From an uncultured delta proteobacterium (GTDB taxonomy: Bacteria; Desulfobacterota; Binatia; UBA9968), in contig CAWFJP010000031.1 in NCBI GenBank assembly GCA_963816145.1, forward strand, positions 32,001 to 96,000: 64,000 bases of DNA. Direction: 5' to 3'. The position numbers and the translations under genes are program-made. Below the pieces are notes generated by a model, which made no database searches, had not been told where the DNA came from, and saw only the letters and a program-made list of their open reading frames with translations. This document shows positions 32,284 to 42,424 of the stretch, one piece after another (position 1 is the first letter of the stretch; every line of letters starts with the position of its first letter).

Positions 32284-34827
32284 TTAATCGGACTCGCCAA
32301 AAACGAAGCGCCGCAAGGCGATCTCAATGAGGAAAAGTGCGAAGGCCAGGATCAGCAGCGGCTGGCGCACCGGACGGTAGTTTTTCGAAAGGCTTTCACG
32401 CCTAAGGGTGTTGGTCGACCGGGGATTGATCTCGCCACCGCTGCCTTCAGCCAATCGCGCCAGCAGCCGGTAGTTGAATTCCGGGCGCGGTACTTCGGCG
32501 CTGCGATCGTAGGCCAGCGTGTAGGCGACCGGGGGGAACGGGATGCGTTGACTGGCCCGCTCTTCGGTAACATCAATGCGGTAATCGCCGCTGGAGATCG
32601 CCGGCAGGACGGCTTGGAAATGGCCGGGCGCGAGTTTGGTAAGCGCCCCGTCGGTTTTGCCGCCCTTGCTGCTGAGGCTGAAACGGAACTGACTGTTGGC
32701 GCTGCTATCCTCGTACACCGACAAATCGAGGATCGATTGCCCGCCGGTAAAGCTGACGCGGGCTTCGTATAACGGGATCAAGTTCTGCTCGCCCGGGCTG
32801 AGCCAGTCCAAGATTTGGCCCCAAAAACCTTGTAGTCCACCCCATTGGACCCAGCTGCGTGTCCAGCGTCCCTCCATATCGCTCGTGAAGGCGACCGATT
32901 TGCCTTTGCCGTAACGCCATGAGGCCAGCAGCGGAGCGCGTTGGTCGTCGCGCGGGATGATCAGATCAGCCTGGGCGCCCCGTTTAACCTCAGTGTCCAT
33001 ATAGCCCAGCACGGCCGGATAGTTTCTTACGCCGAAACCGGCCAACAATGCTGAGCTGCCGGACTGTACTGGAATGAGCGGACGATTGTCCCGCGGCTCG
33101 TCGCGAGGTTTGTCTTGCAATTGTTCAAGGACGATTTGCGGTAACGTCGACGGATCGATCGTGTGGTGGAACAGGCCACCGCCGTATTGGCTCACCCGCT
33201 TCATGATTCTGACATCCGCGTCATTGCTAATTGCTACGGCCGAGACGGTGATCTTGCTGTCGTTTTTCATGCTGGCGATTAGGTCTACCAGCTCGCCCTG
33301 ACTGCCGCGGGTCACGCCATCGCTGAGTAGGATGACATGCTTGCGCGACGCGTTGACGCGTTCGAGCTGGCGCCTAGCCTCCTGCAGTGCCGGTAGAAAG
33401 TAAGTTTGTCCGCCAGGCCTGAGCCGGTCGATCTGGTTGTCGATGACGCCGCGTAGTCGCGCCATCGATTCCAGGTAGACGACGACAAAAGGAGTGTCGT
33501 CGAAACCAACGACGCCTAATAGGTCGATATCTTTGAGCTGGCGTGCCACCGCCTTGGCGGCTTCCTTGGCGTAGAGAATCCGGTTGTCGTCGCGCATACT
33601 GCCCGACTTGTCTATAACCAAGACGACGGCGCGGTTTTTTTCCGGCTGTTTGGGCGGTTCTTTCGGTACCACCGGCAGGATTCTTTCGATTGGCGTCTGG
33701 CGATAACTATTCTGGGAGAAACTGGCGTCAGCGCCGAGCATGACGAACGAACCCCCGTCGGCGATATGGCGCTCGATGCTGGCGAGGTAGCCGGCCGAAA
33801 AACGCTCCTGCGGCACATTATTGAAAATGACCACTTTGTGACCTGCCGGCGCCGGCGCGCCGTCGGCGCCGTGTGAAACCACGTCGAAGCCTTGGCGGCG
33901 GACGATTTCGTCCAAGTAGCGGCCCGAGCCGCCAGAGCCATTGACGATCAGGACTTTCGCTTTTGTGCGCACGTTAACCCAGGCGAGGGCGTGATTATCC
34001 GCGGAGAACGTATCGGTGGCGGCATCGGCGGCGGCGAAGCTCGCTTGAAAGGCGGTGAGCGCTCCGTCGGTAAGGTTGGCTTGGTAGCTGAAACTCTGGC
34101 TTCCCGGACGTAACTTGATTTGCTCGGTTTTGAACGGCTGGCCGTTGCGAGTCAGGGTGAGCACGCCGTCGACCGCGCGGTCATTTTGATTATCCAGGCT
34201 TACCTTTAGGTTGAGCAGTTCGCCGCTCATGCCCTGGCTGGGTGCGATCACTTTGGTCACCGCGACGTTGGCGATCACCGGTCGCTCAGCCGGCAGCATG
34301 GGGTAAATTTTAATCCCAGCCGCGGCAGCGGCGGGCAGGAGCCGATCAACATTGCCATCGGTTTCCCAACCGTCGGTAAACAGAAAAAGCGCGCGCGGCG
34401 CTGCCGGCAGGGCGAGCAGTGAGGTGAGAAGATTTTCCAGATTGGTTTTCTCCGGCTGGCTGGCGCTGGCATCGCCGGTGAGAGCTTGGTTCAGATTGGA
34501 GCTTTCCTTAGCCGTGGCGCCGAAAGTATAGATGCGGTCGCTGTTGCCCGGCGCCAATTGCTTGGTGGCGTTTTCCATCCAGGCGCGCATGCTCGCCGGC
34601 ACGCTGCGCGAGACATCGTAGGCAAAGATCCGTTCTTCCTGGCGCGACTGTTGGCTCGTGGTCTGCGGGTCGGCAAGGGTGAGTATCACCAGTGCCAAGA
34701 TCGCCGTGCGCCCCAGCAATACCCACAAACGCCGGTCGGCGAAGCGCAGCCAAAGCACCGGCAGGAGGAGGAAGAGCCAGAGAAAATAGGGCCGGGCAAA
34801 TTCGAGATTGGCAAACCAGTTTTTCAT
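32284..34827 (-). CDS. Membrane-anchored VWA-domain / GATase-like protein
   Basis: DVSRS and IDKSGSM MIDAS motifs, LFTDG and LLSDG; ATGA overlap with upstream gene. Confidence 0.85.
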   Translation of the reverse strand: MKNWFANLEFARPYFLWLFLLLPVLWLRFADRRLWVLLGRTAILALVILTLADPQTTSQQSRQEERIFAYDVSRSVPASMRAWMENATKQLAPGNSDRIYTFGATAKESSNLNQALTGDASASQPEKTNLENLLTSLLALPAAPRALFLFTDGWETDGNVDRLLPAAAAAGIKIYPMLPAERPVIANVAVTKVIAPSQGMSGELLNLKVSLDNQNDRAVDGVLTLTRNGQPFKTEQIKLRPGSQSFSYQANLTDGALTAFQASFAAADAATDTFSADNHALAWVNVRTKAKVLIVNGSGGSGRYLDEIVRRQGFDVVSHGADGAPAPAGHKVVIFNNVPQERFSAGYLASIERHIADGGSFVMLGADASFSQNSYRQTPIERILPVVPKEPPKQPEKNRAVVLVIDKSGSMRDDNRILYAKEAAKAVARQLKDIDLLGVVGFDDTPFVVVYLESMARLRGVIDNQIDRLRPGGQTYFLPALQEARRQLERVNASRKHVILLSDGVTRGSQGELVDLIASMKNDSKITVSAVAISNDADVRIMKRVSQYGGGLFHHTIDPSTLPQIVLEQLQDKPRDEPRDNRPLIPVQSGSSALLAGFGVRNYPAVLGYMDTEVKRGAQADLIIPRDDQRAPLLASWRYGKGKSVAFTSDMEGRWTRSWVQWGGLQGFWGQILDWLSPGEQNLIPLYEARVSFTGGQSILDLSVYEDSSANSQFRFSLSSKGGKTDGALTKLAPGHFQAVLPAISSGDYRIDVTEERASQRIPFPPVAYTLAYDRSAEVPRPEFNYRLLARLAEGSGGEINPRSTNTLRRESLSKNYRPVRQPLLILAFALFLIEIALRRFVFGESD

Positions 34828-36644
34828 AACCGTTGTGCCGCCCGGGAAAGACCGCGCCAGAATTTTACCGAAACCATGCGCGGGCTCAAGAACCATTCGA
34901 GAAAGAGCAGCGCTAGTGACGCGACCATTAGATAAGGCCAAAAAGAAAACATCACCGACGCGCTGGCACCGCTTGGATTTCCGCCGCCAAAGGCGATGGC
35001 CGAGGCTGCGCGCAGGTCGGATTCACCGCGGTCGAGCAAATTGCGGGCGAAAAGTTCCGTCGCGCCGCCCCGGGTCAAGCGATAAATGCCTTGGAAAAAT
35101 GCCCCGCCAAAAAACGCCGCCCCGGGGGTTATCGCCAGGCTTTTGCCGTCCGGCAGAATCATTCGATCGCCGCTTTGAACCTTGCCGAGAAAAATCGCTT
35201 CGCCGGTGGCTTGGCTATTGGCGCCGCGGCTGTCGAAAAACCAGTCGAGTAGATTCAAGGTAAATACCGACATGGGCAGGTTTTCGCGCCCCAAGTATGG
35301 CAACGGATCAAATCCCAAGACGAGATAGCGCGCGCCTTGCCGCTCGGTGGCAAATGCCAAGGGACCGGCAGCGCTGTCGATGATAATATCGCCGGCGGTT
35401 TGCGGTTTGAGCGGCCGGGTGTAAGTCGGCCGGAACAAGTTGAAGTTGATGTAGCGGGTCAAGACATGCGGGTCGCGCCAGTTGGAGACCGTCATATTGC
35501 TAATGGGCGCGCCAAGTTCGGCCAAGGAATCGTTTTGCGGCGGTAAAATGAACAGCGCCGCGGTCGCCGGCAGCGTCGTCGGGCTGGCGAAATGAAAGAT
35601 TTCCAATCCGTAACCGGAGCGTTCGGCTTTGTCATAGTCGCTCGGCGCGATGGTATCGATTTGCACGCCGGGGATCGCTTTCAGACTCTCCAGCTCGCGC
35701 GGGCGCGGCGTAATGCCCAGTATGCGCAGATTGCGCGACGCCGGTGCCACGGCGAAGCGCCGGTTGTCGAGGGGTAAAGCATCGCGGTTGGCGATCTCGG
35801 CTTCGTAGGTGGAATGATCGGCAAAACCCTCGAAAGAAACCGACGCGCTCTGGCCGCTGCCGACGACGATCTCGCGGTTCGCCACTGCGGCGCCGCTGCC
35901 TTTCAAAACGATCTGTAATTTCTCATCGCGCTCAGAGTAGTTGGCGACCTCGACCTGGGCTTCCAAGCGCGCGTTAGCGAGTGAAGAACGTTGGACTTCA
36001 AAGGACGTGAGCGCGTAATTGCCGCGCGGCTGTCCCACCGTGATCACGCGCGCAATGTCGCTTTGGCCGCGGGCCGGGTGATCGGTGAGCAGATAAATTC
36101 GTTCGTATTTCTGCTGGAGCGCCAGCTGTGAAAGCAGATTGTCGTAATCGGCAGGCGGTTCGGCCAAATCGTAAGGCACCTGTGCGGCGAGGATTCCTGT
36201 CGCTTCGGCAGGTGAGAGCGGCGCGGCATGAAGTTTTTCCAACCTTGGCGTGGTCAGATACAGATCGACTTTACCGCCGGCGCCGAGTTCGTCGACGAGC
36301 GTGCCGGCGCGCTCTTTCGCCAGCGCAAAGCGGCTCTTACCGTCTTCCAGCGCCTGCATGCTCGCGGAATTATCCAAAATCATGGCGATGTTGGTGGGGC
36401 GAATCGAATATACCGGTTCGCTCAAGGCGAAGATCAACAGGGCCAACAATAACAGTTGGAGAAAAAAAATTGGCGGTAAATTGACGCGCCCCCAAGGTTT
36501 TGCGCTGGCTACTTCGCCCGCTTCCAAAAACAGCAGCAAGCTGGAAAACGGTAAACGTTGGGGTTTGCGACGGATGAGATATGGGATTAGAAGCAGCGGC
36601 AGTATCAGCAGACCGAACAAGGCGGTGGGATTGAGAAACTGCAT
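34824..36644 (-). CDS. BatA N-terminal + VWA domain protein
   Basis: MQFLNP...PFSSLLLF BatA-type start; ILDNSASM MIDAS. Confidence 0.85.
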   Translation of the reverse strand: MQFLNPTALFGLLILPLLLIPYLIRRKPQRLPFSSLLLFLEAGEVASAKPWGRVNLPPIFFLQLLLLALLIFALSEPVYSIRPTNIAMILDNSASMQALEDGKSRFALAKERAGTLVDELGAGGKVDLYLTTPRLEKLHAAPLSPAEATGILAAQVPYDLAEPPADYDNLLSQLALQQKYERIYLLTDHPARGQSDIARVITVGQPRGNYALTSFEVQRSSLANARLEAQVEVANYSERDEKLQIVLKGSGAAVANREIVVGSGQSASVSFEGFADHSTYEAEIANRDALPLDNRRFAVAPASRNLRILGITPRPRELESLKAIPGVQIDTIAPSDYDKAERSGYGLEIFHFASPTTLPATAALFILPPQNDSLAELGAPISNMTVSNWRDPHVLTRYINFNLFRPTYTRPLKPQTAGDIIIDSAAGPLAFATERQGARYLVLGFDPLPYLGRENLPMSVFTLNLLDWFFDSRGANSQATGEAIFLGKVQSGDRMILPDGKSLAITPGAAFFGGAFFQGIYRLTRGGATELFARNLLDRGESDLRAASAIAFGGGNPSGASASVMFSFWPYLMVASLALLFLEWFLSPRMVSVKFWRGLSRAAQRL

Positions 36645-36648
36645 TGGC

Positions 36649-37542
36649 TTACTTGAACAGGCCGATGGCCGGCAGTGTCGCGAAGACAAAATCGCTTAAA
36701 TCGCGATCGGTGACATAGATAGAATAATGAACACCGCTTTGATGGCAGAAACTGCGCAGTTCGGCGTTGTGGTGTGCCAGCTTTGATTGATAGTCGCGAC
36801 GGGCCTCGGCATTCCACTGATATTTGATTTCTTGCTCGGTCTCGCTGTCGACCAATGCCAAGCTCCCGCTGGGAAAGCGCGGATCGACTTCGTGGCGCGA
36901 CAGGATTTGGATCGCGGCGATGTCGAGATTGAACGCCCGCAATAAATTCAAGCCGGGCTGATAGGATGCCGCGGGCATCATAAAGTCCGAGATCAAGATG
37001 GCTTTGCCGGGCCGGCGCATTTTCTTCAAATGGTCGCCCAGGGCGGGCGCTAGTTGCAGCGGCCCGCCTGGGGTGGCGGTGGTAGCGAAGTCGACGCAAT
37101 CGATCATGCGCCGCCGGCCGCGGTAAAACGGCGAGGCCTTCATGCCGCTTTTCTCCTGGAGTAAGTGCAGCTTAACGTGGTCGTGATTGGCTAGGATTAC
37201 ATAGCTCAGCGCCAGACCGACATGAGTCGCCGGGAGATATTTCAGTTCGCGCGACGGATAGCCCATCGACGCGCTGGCGTCGATGAAGACATAGGCGAAC
37301 AGGTCGACTTCCTCGCGAAAAAGCTTGACGTACAGCTTATCCGTGCGCGCGTAGATGCCCCAGTCGAGATAGCGCAAGTCGTCGCCCGGCGTATAGCGGC
37401 GATAGTCGGCGAACTCCAAACTGGTGCCGCGCCGCGGCGACGAGTAGCTGCCCGTATGGCTGCCGAGAAACTCCTTGTGCGTGCGCAGGCGCAGGGCTTC
37501 CAGCTGGGATAGAAACTGCGGTGTAAAGGGGTTGGGCAGCAT
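36649..37542 (-). CDS. DUF58 family protein
   Basis: EFADYRRYTPGDDLRYLDW, DASASM and ISDF. Confidence 0.92.
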   Translation of the reverse strand: MLPNPFTPQFLSQLEALRLRTHKEFLGSHTGSYSSPRRGTSLEFADYRRYTPGDDLRYLDWGIYARTDKLYVKLFREEVDLFAYVFIDASASMGYPSRELKYLPATHVGLALSYVILANHDHVKLHLLQEKSGMKASPFYRGRRRMIDCVDFATTATPGGPLQLAPALGDHLKKMRRPGKAILISDFMMPAASYQPGLNLLRAFNLDIAAIQILSRHEVDPRFPSGSLALVDSETEQEIKYQWNAEARRDYQSKLAHHNAELRSFCHQSGVHYSIYVTDRDLSDFVFATLPAIGLFK

Positions 37543-37556
37543 CGGTGGAAACTAGT

Positions 37557-38249
37557 CTAATCGACGTAGGCGATGGGGTCGACGGCGCCGGCTTCTTGAA
37601 AGCCTTTGACGCGCAGCTGGCAGCTGTCGCATAAACCGCAAGCGCGGCCGTCTCTGCCAGGATCATAGCAGCTCCAGGTCAGACCATAGTCGACGCCGAG
37701 TTCGATGCCTTTGGCGATGATGGCGGCTTTGCTCATGTGCAGGAGCGGCGCGTGGATTCTCAAGAGGGTTTTGCCTTCGACGCCCGCCTTGGTGGCGAGA
37801 TTGGCCATATTCTCGAACGCACGGATATATTCCTCCCGGCAATCGGGATAACCGCTGTAGTCGAGCTGATTGGCGCCAAAAAAAATGTCGTCGGCGCCAA
37901 TCCGTTCGGCCAAGGCGAGACCGAAGGACAAAAAGATGGTGTTGCGCGCCGGCACGTAGGTTACGGGAATGCCATGGGAGATTGCCGTGGCGCTGCGGCT
38001 TTTGGGAACCTCGATTTGATCGGTGAGGGCCGAACCGCCGATGGCGCGCAGATCGAAGTCTATCACCAAGTGGCTGCTCGCGTTCAAGAAGTTAGCCACG
38101 CGCTTTGCCGCTTCGATCTCACAAGCATGACGCTGGCCGTAGCGGAAACTGAGCGCATGAAGTGTAAAGCCGGCCTGTTTGGCGATGGCCGCGGCGGTCG
38201 CCGAGTCGACGCCGCCGCTCAGCAATACGACGGCAGGTTTGTCAGACAT
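37557..38249 (-). CDS. queC: 7-cyano-7-deazaguanine synthase
   Basis: SGGVDS, YVPARN, GYPDCR and TWSCY..CGLCDSC. Confidence 0.96.
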   Translation of the reverse strand: MSDKPAVVLLSGGVDSATAAAIAKQAGFTLHALSFRYGQRHACEIEAAKRVANFLNASSHLVIDFDLRAIGGSALTDQIEVPKSRSATAISHGIPVTYVPARNTIFLSFGLALAERIGADDIFFGANQLDYSGYPDCREEYIRAFENMANLATKAGVEGKTLLRIHAPLLHMSKAAIIAKGIELGVDYGLTWSCYDPGRDGRACGLCDSCQLRVKGFQEAGAVDPIAYVD

Positions 38250-38252
38250 AAA

Positions 38253-38726
38253 TCATGAGCGCGGAACTTTGCTGCCTTCCATCGGGTAGCGTTTTTCATA
38301 CCAGCCGACGATGCCTTCGTTCAGCACTTTCATATTGCGAAAACCGTTTTCGTAAAGAATGCCATAGGCCAGACTGGCCAGGTGATGGGGGCATGCTCAA
38401 TAGAGTACCACCGGTCGGTCGCGCGGAATGCTCTTTAGATACTCTTTGAACTCCCCAAGCGGCGCCGACTGGGCGCCCAAAATATGCACCTCGTCGAACT
38501 CCTCTTTGGTTCGGACATCAATCAACATCGGCTTGGCGCCGGTTTTGAGTTCGTCGACGAGTTGATCGATGCCGATAAACTCGGGTGTGACATCCGGCGG
38601 TAGAGTTTGTTGGGCAAATTCCGGATACTTCGAGGGATCGGCATGGGCGCCGGGCACGGTGATGAGGCTTAGACCGAGCGCAAGTCCAGCGGCAGTCAGA
38701 TACAGGTTCGATCGGATTCGCTTCAT
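38253..38726 (-). CDS. Exported rhodanese-domain selenoprotein (Sec at UGA 38397-38399, Y-U-A-C-P)
   Basis: ORF track stops at VVLY*, but the frame continues ACPHHLASLAYGILYENGFRNMKVLNEGIVGWYEKRYP, completing the rhodanese fold; UGA is at the catalytic Cys position; signal peptide present. Confidence 0.85.
38359..38394 (-). promoter_or_regulatory. Putative bacterial SECIS element
   Basis: Immediately 3' of the UGA: lower stem AUGCC/GGCAU and apical GGCCA-GUC-UGGCC, with a loop G about 23 nt from the UGA. Confidence 0.65.
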
Positions 38727-39595
38727 GGGTTTGCCCCCGGAGCGGTATATTTAGTCAGCTGTGCCAGCGTATCCAAGGATTGGACCCCGGTGGTGCGCTG
38801 TCCGTTAATAATCCAGGTCGGATAACTTTGGATATCCTTATCCTTGCAGACCGCCGCTTGTGGCGCTTGCGGGCCGCCGGGGCTGCATTCGACATAAGGG
38901 AGCCGTTTCACCGAACTGCCGAATAGTTTCTTTTGTTCCTGGCAATGCGGACACCATGACGCGCCGTAAAACTTCGCGTCGGACTTTGCCAGATGTTCGG
39001 CTAGCCCTTTGACCCATGGATCTTCCGGGCCGGGCGCGTCGCCCCAGTAGCCGGCGAAATAGAGATGGAGCGCGACGACGATCGCGGCACCGACCCCGGC
39101 GCTCTTGCCCAACCAGGGGCCCCAGGAAAAGTTCGGCAAGTTCGCCGGCTTTTGGAAGGTGGTCATGATAAAGATGACCGCCATGATGCCGAGGGAAGTG
39201 AGGCAGTAGGGACAGGTGGCCTTCAGATCGAAAATTGCCATAGAAGTCAGATATAGACTAAACAGCAAACCGAAGAGCGAGATCACCCAAGCCCAGCGCC
39301 ATTGATTGTCAGCGTAGCGGTTCCACGACACCGCAGCGAGCACCCCGTAGGTTAAAAATCCCCAGAAAGAAGTCGGCATGCCGAACAATGTCGACCATTT
39401 GCTGTTCAACACGACATCACAGCCGCTGCCCGCGACACAAAAGGCGACCAGTTTTTCCGCCCAGGCGGTGTAGGTGAGATAAGCCGACAAGATCATGCCC
39501 AGCGTTGACAGGGCAAAGAGCGGCCAGTTGGGTCCATCGCGCAAGAGCGCTTTTGCCGGTTGCTTACCTTTGGGGTTTTTCTTGTCGCTAGCCAT
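38723..39595 (-). CDS. VKOR-thioredoxin fusion (disulfide formation)
   Basis: C..GSGCDVVL, TCPYC and C-terminal FYGASWCPHC Trx domain. Confidence 0.92.
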   Translation of the reverse strand: MASDKKNPKGKQPAKALLRDGPNWPLFALSTLGMILSAYLTYTAWAEKLVAFCVAGSGCDVVLNSKWSTLFGMPTSFWGFLTYGVLAAVSWNRYADNQWRWAWVISLFGLLFSLYLTSMAIFDLKATCPYCLTSLGIMAVIFIMTTFQKPANLPNFSWGPWLGKSAGVGAAIVVALHLYFAGYWGDAPGPEDPWVKGLAEHLAKSDAKFYGASWCPHCQEQKKLFGSSVKRLPYVECSPGGPQAPQAAVCKDKDIQSYPTWIINGQRTTGVQSLDTLAQLTKYTAPGANP

Positions 39596-39598
39596 CGA

Positions 39599-40243
39599 TC
39601 ATCCTTTCAACAAGGTTTCTACGTCGTTTCTGAGCCGCGCCAGACTATCCATCGCGCGGCTATCGTAGTAACCGCGGATTTGCGCCTGCGGATCGATCAA
39701 GACAAAGCGCGGGCTGTGCGGAATCATGCCGTTACCTTCGAGGCTGTCGGGAAGCGTTGCGACGCTCAAGTGAAAGCCGTCGCGGACAAGCTTAATCACC
39801 TGATCTCGCTGTCCGGTGAGAAAGTACCAGCGTTGTCGATCGGCTTCATGTTTGTCGGCGTAGGCGCTTAGCACCTGCGGCGTGTCCCGCTCCGGATCGA
39901 CGCTGATGGAGACGAATTGGACGTTTGCTTTTGACGCGAACTCTTTTTGCAGCTTGGCCATGGTTGCTGTCTGCAACGGACAAGTGTCGGTGCAAGTGGT
40001 GTAAATAAAGTCAGCGATCCAAATCTTGCCGCGCAGTTCCGTCATGGCGACGTCTTTGCCGCTGCGTTCGGTGAGTGTGAAGTCCGGCACCGTGCCATAT
40101 TGCTTCAACCCGTCGTCGTCGGCGCGATCCGCCAAAACGACGCGCGGCGGCGGCCCGAGTTTCAGCCACAACACCGTGCCGAGGATCACGCCCAAGCCGA
40201 TTACGGCAGCACCTAGCAAGAAGAACCGTTTTGCGTCGTTCAT
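39599..40243 (-). CDS. SCO/SenC family protein (#1)
   Basis: FIYTTCTDTCP, SVDPERD and PHSPRF. Confidence 0.92.
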   Translation of the reverse strand: MNDAKRFFLLGAAVIGLGVILGTVLWLKLGPPPRVVLADRADDDGLKQYGTVPDFTLTERSGKDVAMTELRGKIWIADFIYTTCTDTCPLQTATMAKLQKEFASKANVQFVSISVDPERDTPQVLSAYADKHEADRQRWYFLTGQRDQVIKLVRDGFHLSVATLPDSLEGNGMIPHSPRFVLIDPQAQIRGYYDSRAMDSLARLRNDVETLLKG

Positions 40244-40402
40244 ATGGGAAAAAAGGTATCGACAATCGATTTTATCGGTTAAATGGCCATTTGTGTAGAG
40301 CGGTGTGGGAAAACGTGACTAACTTCGGTTGCCAATAATGATTCTTCGCCAGTCCGAGAGTGGATCAGCCTTATTCTATCCGCACGTCAGAATTCACCTC
40401 GC

Positions 40403-40963
40403 CTATCCCGGCGGAATCTTCTCGATCAGTTTTCCTTTCATGAAAAGCTCGTAGCCTCTTAGCGACAGCTCATAAGCGCGCGGCGAGTGGTCGGACATGT
40501 CGGAGACGACCAGGTCTAAAATTAGCAGCGTTTCGCTATTAGGCTGGATGTCGTAGTTTAGTTTGAACCGGCCGATGGTGTTTTTTACCGGGGTCTTGCG
40601 TTGGGCTTTCTTCAATATAGCGGTGATGCTTTTAATTTTTAAATGAAATGCGTCGAAGGCGCCGGCATCGATGGGCGCACGGAACACTTGGGCGGAGTTT
40701 TTGCCGAGATACTTGGTCAGATCGATCGGCTCCGAAGTGACAGCGAGATCTTTCCAGCCGGTCTGCCAGAACTTCAGGCCCGGTTTGGGGCTGACTGATA
40801 TTTTATCGATGGCGACGATGACTTTGTCAAAATCGCCGATGGCATCGCGGTGGTCTTTGATCCGGATTTCCAGGATGCCTTGTCCACGCTCGGCAGCTTG
40901 CGCGTGAATCGATGCGCCGAAGATCAACAGCGCTATGATTAGGATTTTTCGGATTCGAGCCAT
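40403..40963 (-). CDS. Exported protein, DUF4382-like
   Basis: Signal peptide; IRIKDH..IGDFDKVIVAI, IDLT and LILDL pattern; family call tentative. Confidence 0.55.
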   Translation of the reverse strand: MARIRKILIIALLIFGASIHAQAAERGQGILEIRIKDHRDAIGDFDKVIVAIDKISVSPKPGLKFWQTGWKDLAVTSEPIDLTKYLGKNSAQVFRAPIDAGAFDAFHLKIKSITAILKKAQRKTPVKNTIGRFKLNYDIQPNSETLLILDLVVSDMSDHSPRAYELSLRGYELFMKGKLIEKIPPG

Positions 40964-41559
40964 TTAATGTCTTTCAAAACTTCTTTGACGAGCCACTTGT
41001 CGCCGTAATAGTCGACGCGCCGCATGCCCTTGGCGTCGATCAGGGTTGTCAGGTTGGTGTGCTGGATCTGACCGTTGCCGTGGTCTTTGACGTTGACGCC
41101 AAAATTTTTCCAAACTTCGGCGATATCCTTTTGCGCACCGGTGAGGAAATGCCAGTGTTTCACGTCCGCTTTGAACGCCTCGGCGTAGGCTTTCAGCTTG
41201 GCCGGCGTGTCGCGTTTGGGGTCGGTGCTTATGCTGAGTAGTAAGTAATCCTCGCGCATTTCATCTTGGAGGGCGCGCTGAATCGCCGCGAAGTGGGCGC
41301 TGAAGAGCGGGCAGACATCCGGGCAGGTCGTGTAGACGAAAGTGACCAGAACGACTTTGCCGCTCGCCGCTTTGAAGTTAAACTTTTTGCCCGCTTGATC
41401 GGTCAGCGTGAAGCCCGGCGCGGCGACGTTGGTCTCGCGCCGGCCGATCTCGCCTTTCTTGGGCGGGATCGGAATATGCGCGCGCAGCTCAGTGGTCAAT
41501 AGACTCAGCGCAATGAGTACTGCGCCAAGGCCGATGCTACTTTTCGATTTGGAAGTCAT
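40939..41559 (-). CDS. SCO/SenC family protein (#2)
   Basis: FVYTTCPDVCP, STDPKRD and IQHT. Confidence 0.92.
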   Translation of the reverse strand: MTSKSKSSIGLGAVLIALSLLTTELRAHIPIPPKKGEIGRRETNVAAPGFTLTDQAGKKFNFKAASGKVVLVTFVYTTCPDVCPLFSAHFAAIQRALQDEMREDYLLLSISTDPKRDTPAKLKAYAEAFKADVKHWHFLTGAQKDIAEVWKNFGVNVKDHGNGQIQHTNLTTLIDAKGMRRVDYYGDKWLVKEVLKDIKWLESEKS

Positions 41560-42424
41560 AGGTGACTTTTAGCTGCTTGGACTCGTCGGGCAGGTCGCCG
41601 CGAACCAAGTAGGTCGACGAAAACTCTCGGTCTTCGCCCGGTTTCAATTGGACCGGTAGGAGCAATGCGCACTCGACCAGATCGAGATGTTGGCGTAGAT
41701 CTTGGGGTTCGACGCGGTGGACGATGCGGGTTGCGACGGCCTCTTTGGATAAATTGCGGACGCGGTAGGCGATGGTGAACAACTCGTTGGCACGCACGCT
41801 GGTTTCGCGGGTCAGCGGCGTAGCTTCGATAACTTTGTTACTTGGCACGGTGGCATCGTATTGCACTCGTAGGCCGGCGGCCCAGTCGAACAAGACGCGC
41901 CACAGGCCGTTTTCCTTGACCAGTGTGAGTTCTTCTTCGCCTTCGATGAACTTCAATTTGTCAGCGCGGCGCAGATCGTCGAGGGTGGTAAGAATCTCCT
42001 TTTGCTTCTGCGGCGGCAAAGCGTTGAGTTTGTCGGGGTCCCACTCGAGCAAGAGTGTCGACAAGTTATTGGCGTCGGGCAGCTTGACTTGGAATTTAAC
42101 CTTGGTTGCGGCGTTGTTTTCCACCGTGCCGACCTGACGCACCTCGATCATCTCGGCGAGTTTGGCGGCGACGGTCAAGGTGAAGCCGCTAAATGGCCCC
42201 TTTTCCTGGATATAGAGTTCCTCCGACTTGATCAGCCGGTCGCGGTTGGAGATCAGGCGATAAGCTTTCTTATGATCGTGGGCGTAGGCGCTCTTGAGAT
42301 AGGCGTTGATCGTCCGCACCGGCCCAGACTCGGCGCCGTTGCTGGATGCAGAGAGAAAGTAACAGGGCGGCAGCGCCAGCGCGATGGCGGCGGCCGCGGA
42401 CCAAAGTAGATTGGCGATGTTCAT
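41537..42424 (-). CDS. Exported two-domain protein, C-terminal CtaG/Cox11-like domain (paralog A)
   Basis: HRVEP...LVECALLLPVQLKPGEDREF...LKVTYDF resembles Cox11 but has a single Cys. Confidence 0.6.
   Translation of the reverse strand: MNIANLLWSAAAAIALALPPCYFLSASSNGAESGPVRTINAYLKSAYAHDHKKAYRLISNRDRLIKSEELYIQEKGPFSGFTLTVAAKLAEMIEVRQVGTVENNAATKVKFQVKLPDANNLSTLLLEWDPDKLNALPPQKQKEILTTLDDLRRADKLKFIEGEEELTLVKENGLWRVLFDWAAGLRVQYDATVPSNKVIEATPLTRETSVRANELFTIAYRVRNLSKEAVATRIVHRVEPQDLRQHLDLVECALLLPVQLKPGEDREFSSTYLVRGDLPDESKQLKVTYDFQIEK

Noticed and set aside
37557-38249. queC as part of a Dpd/QatC-type defence or DNA-modification system
   Set aside because: Canonical-length QueC with no dpdA, TatD or ATPase partners.
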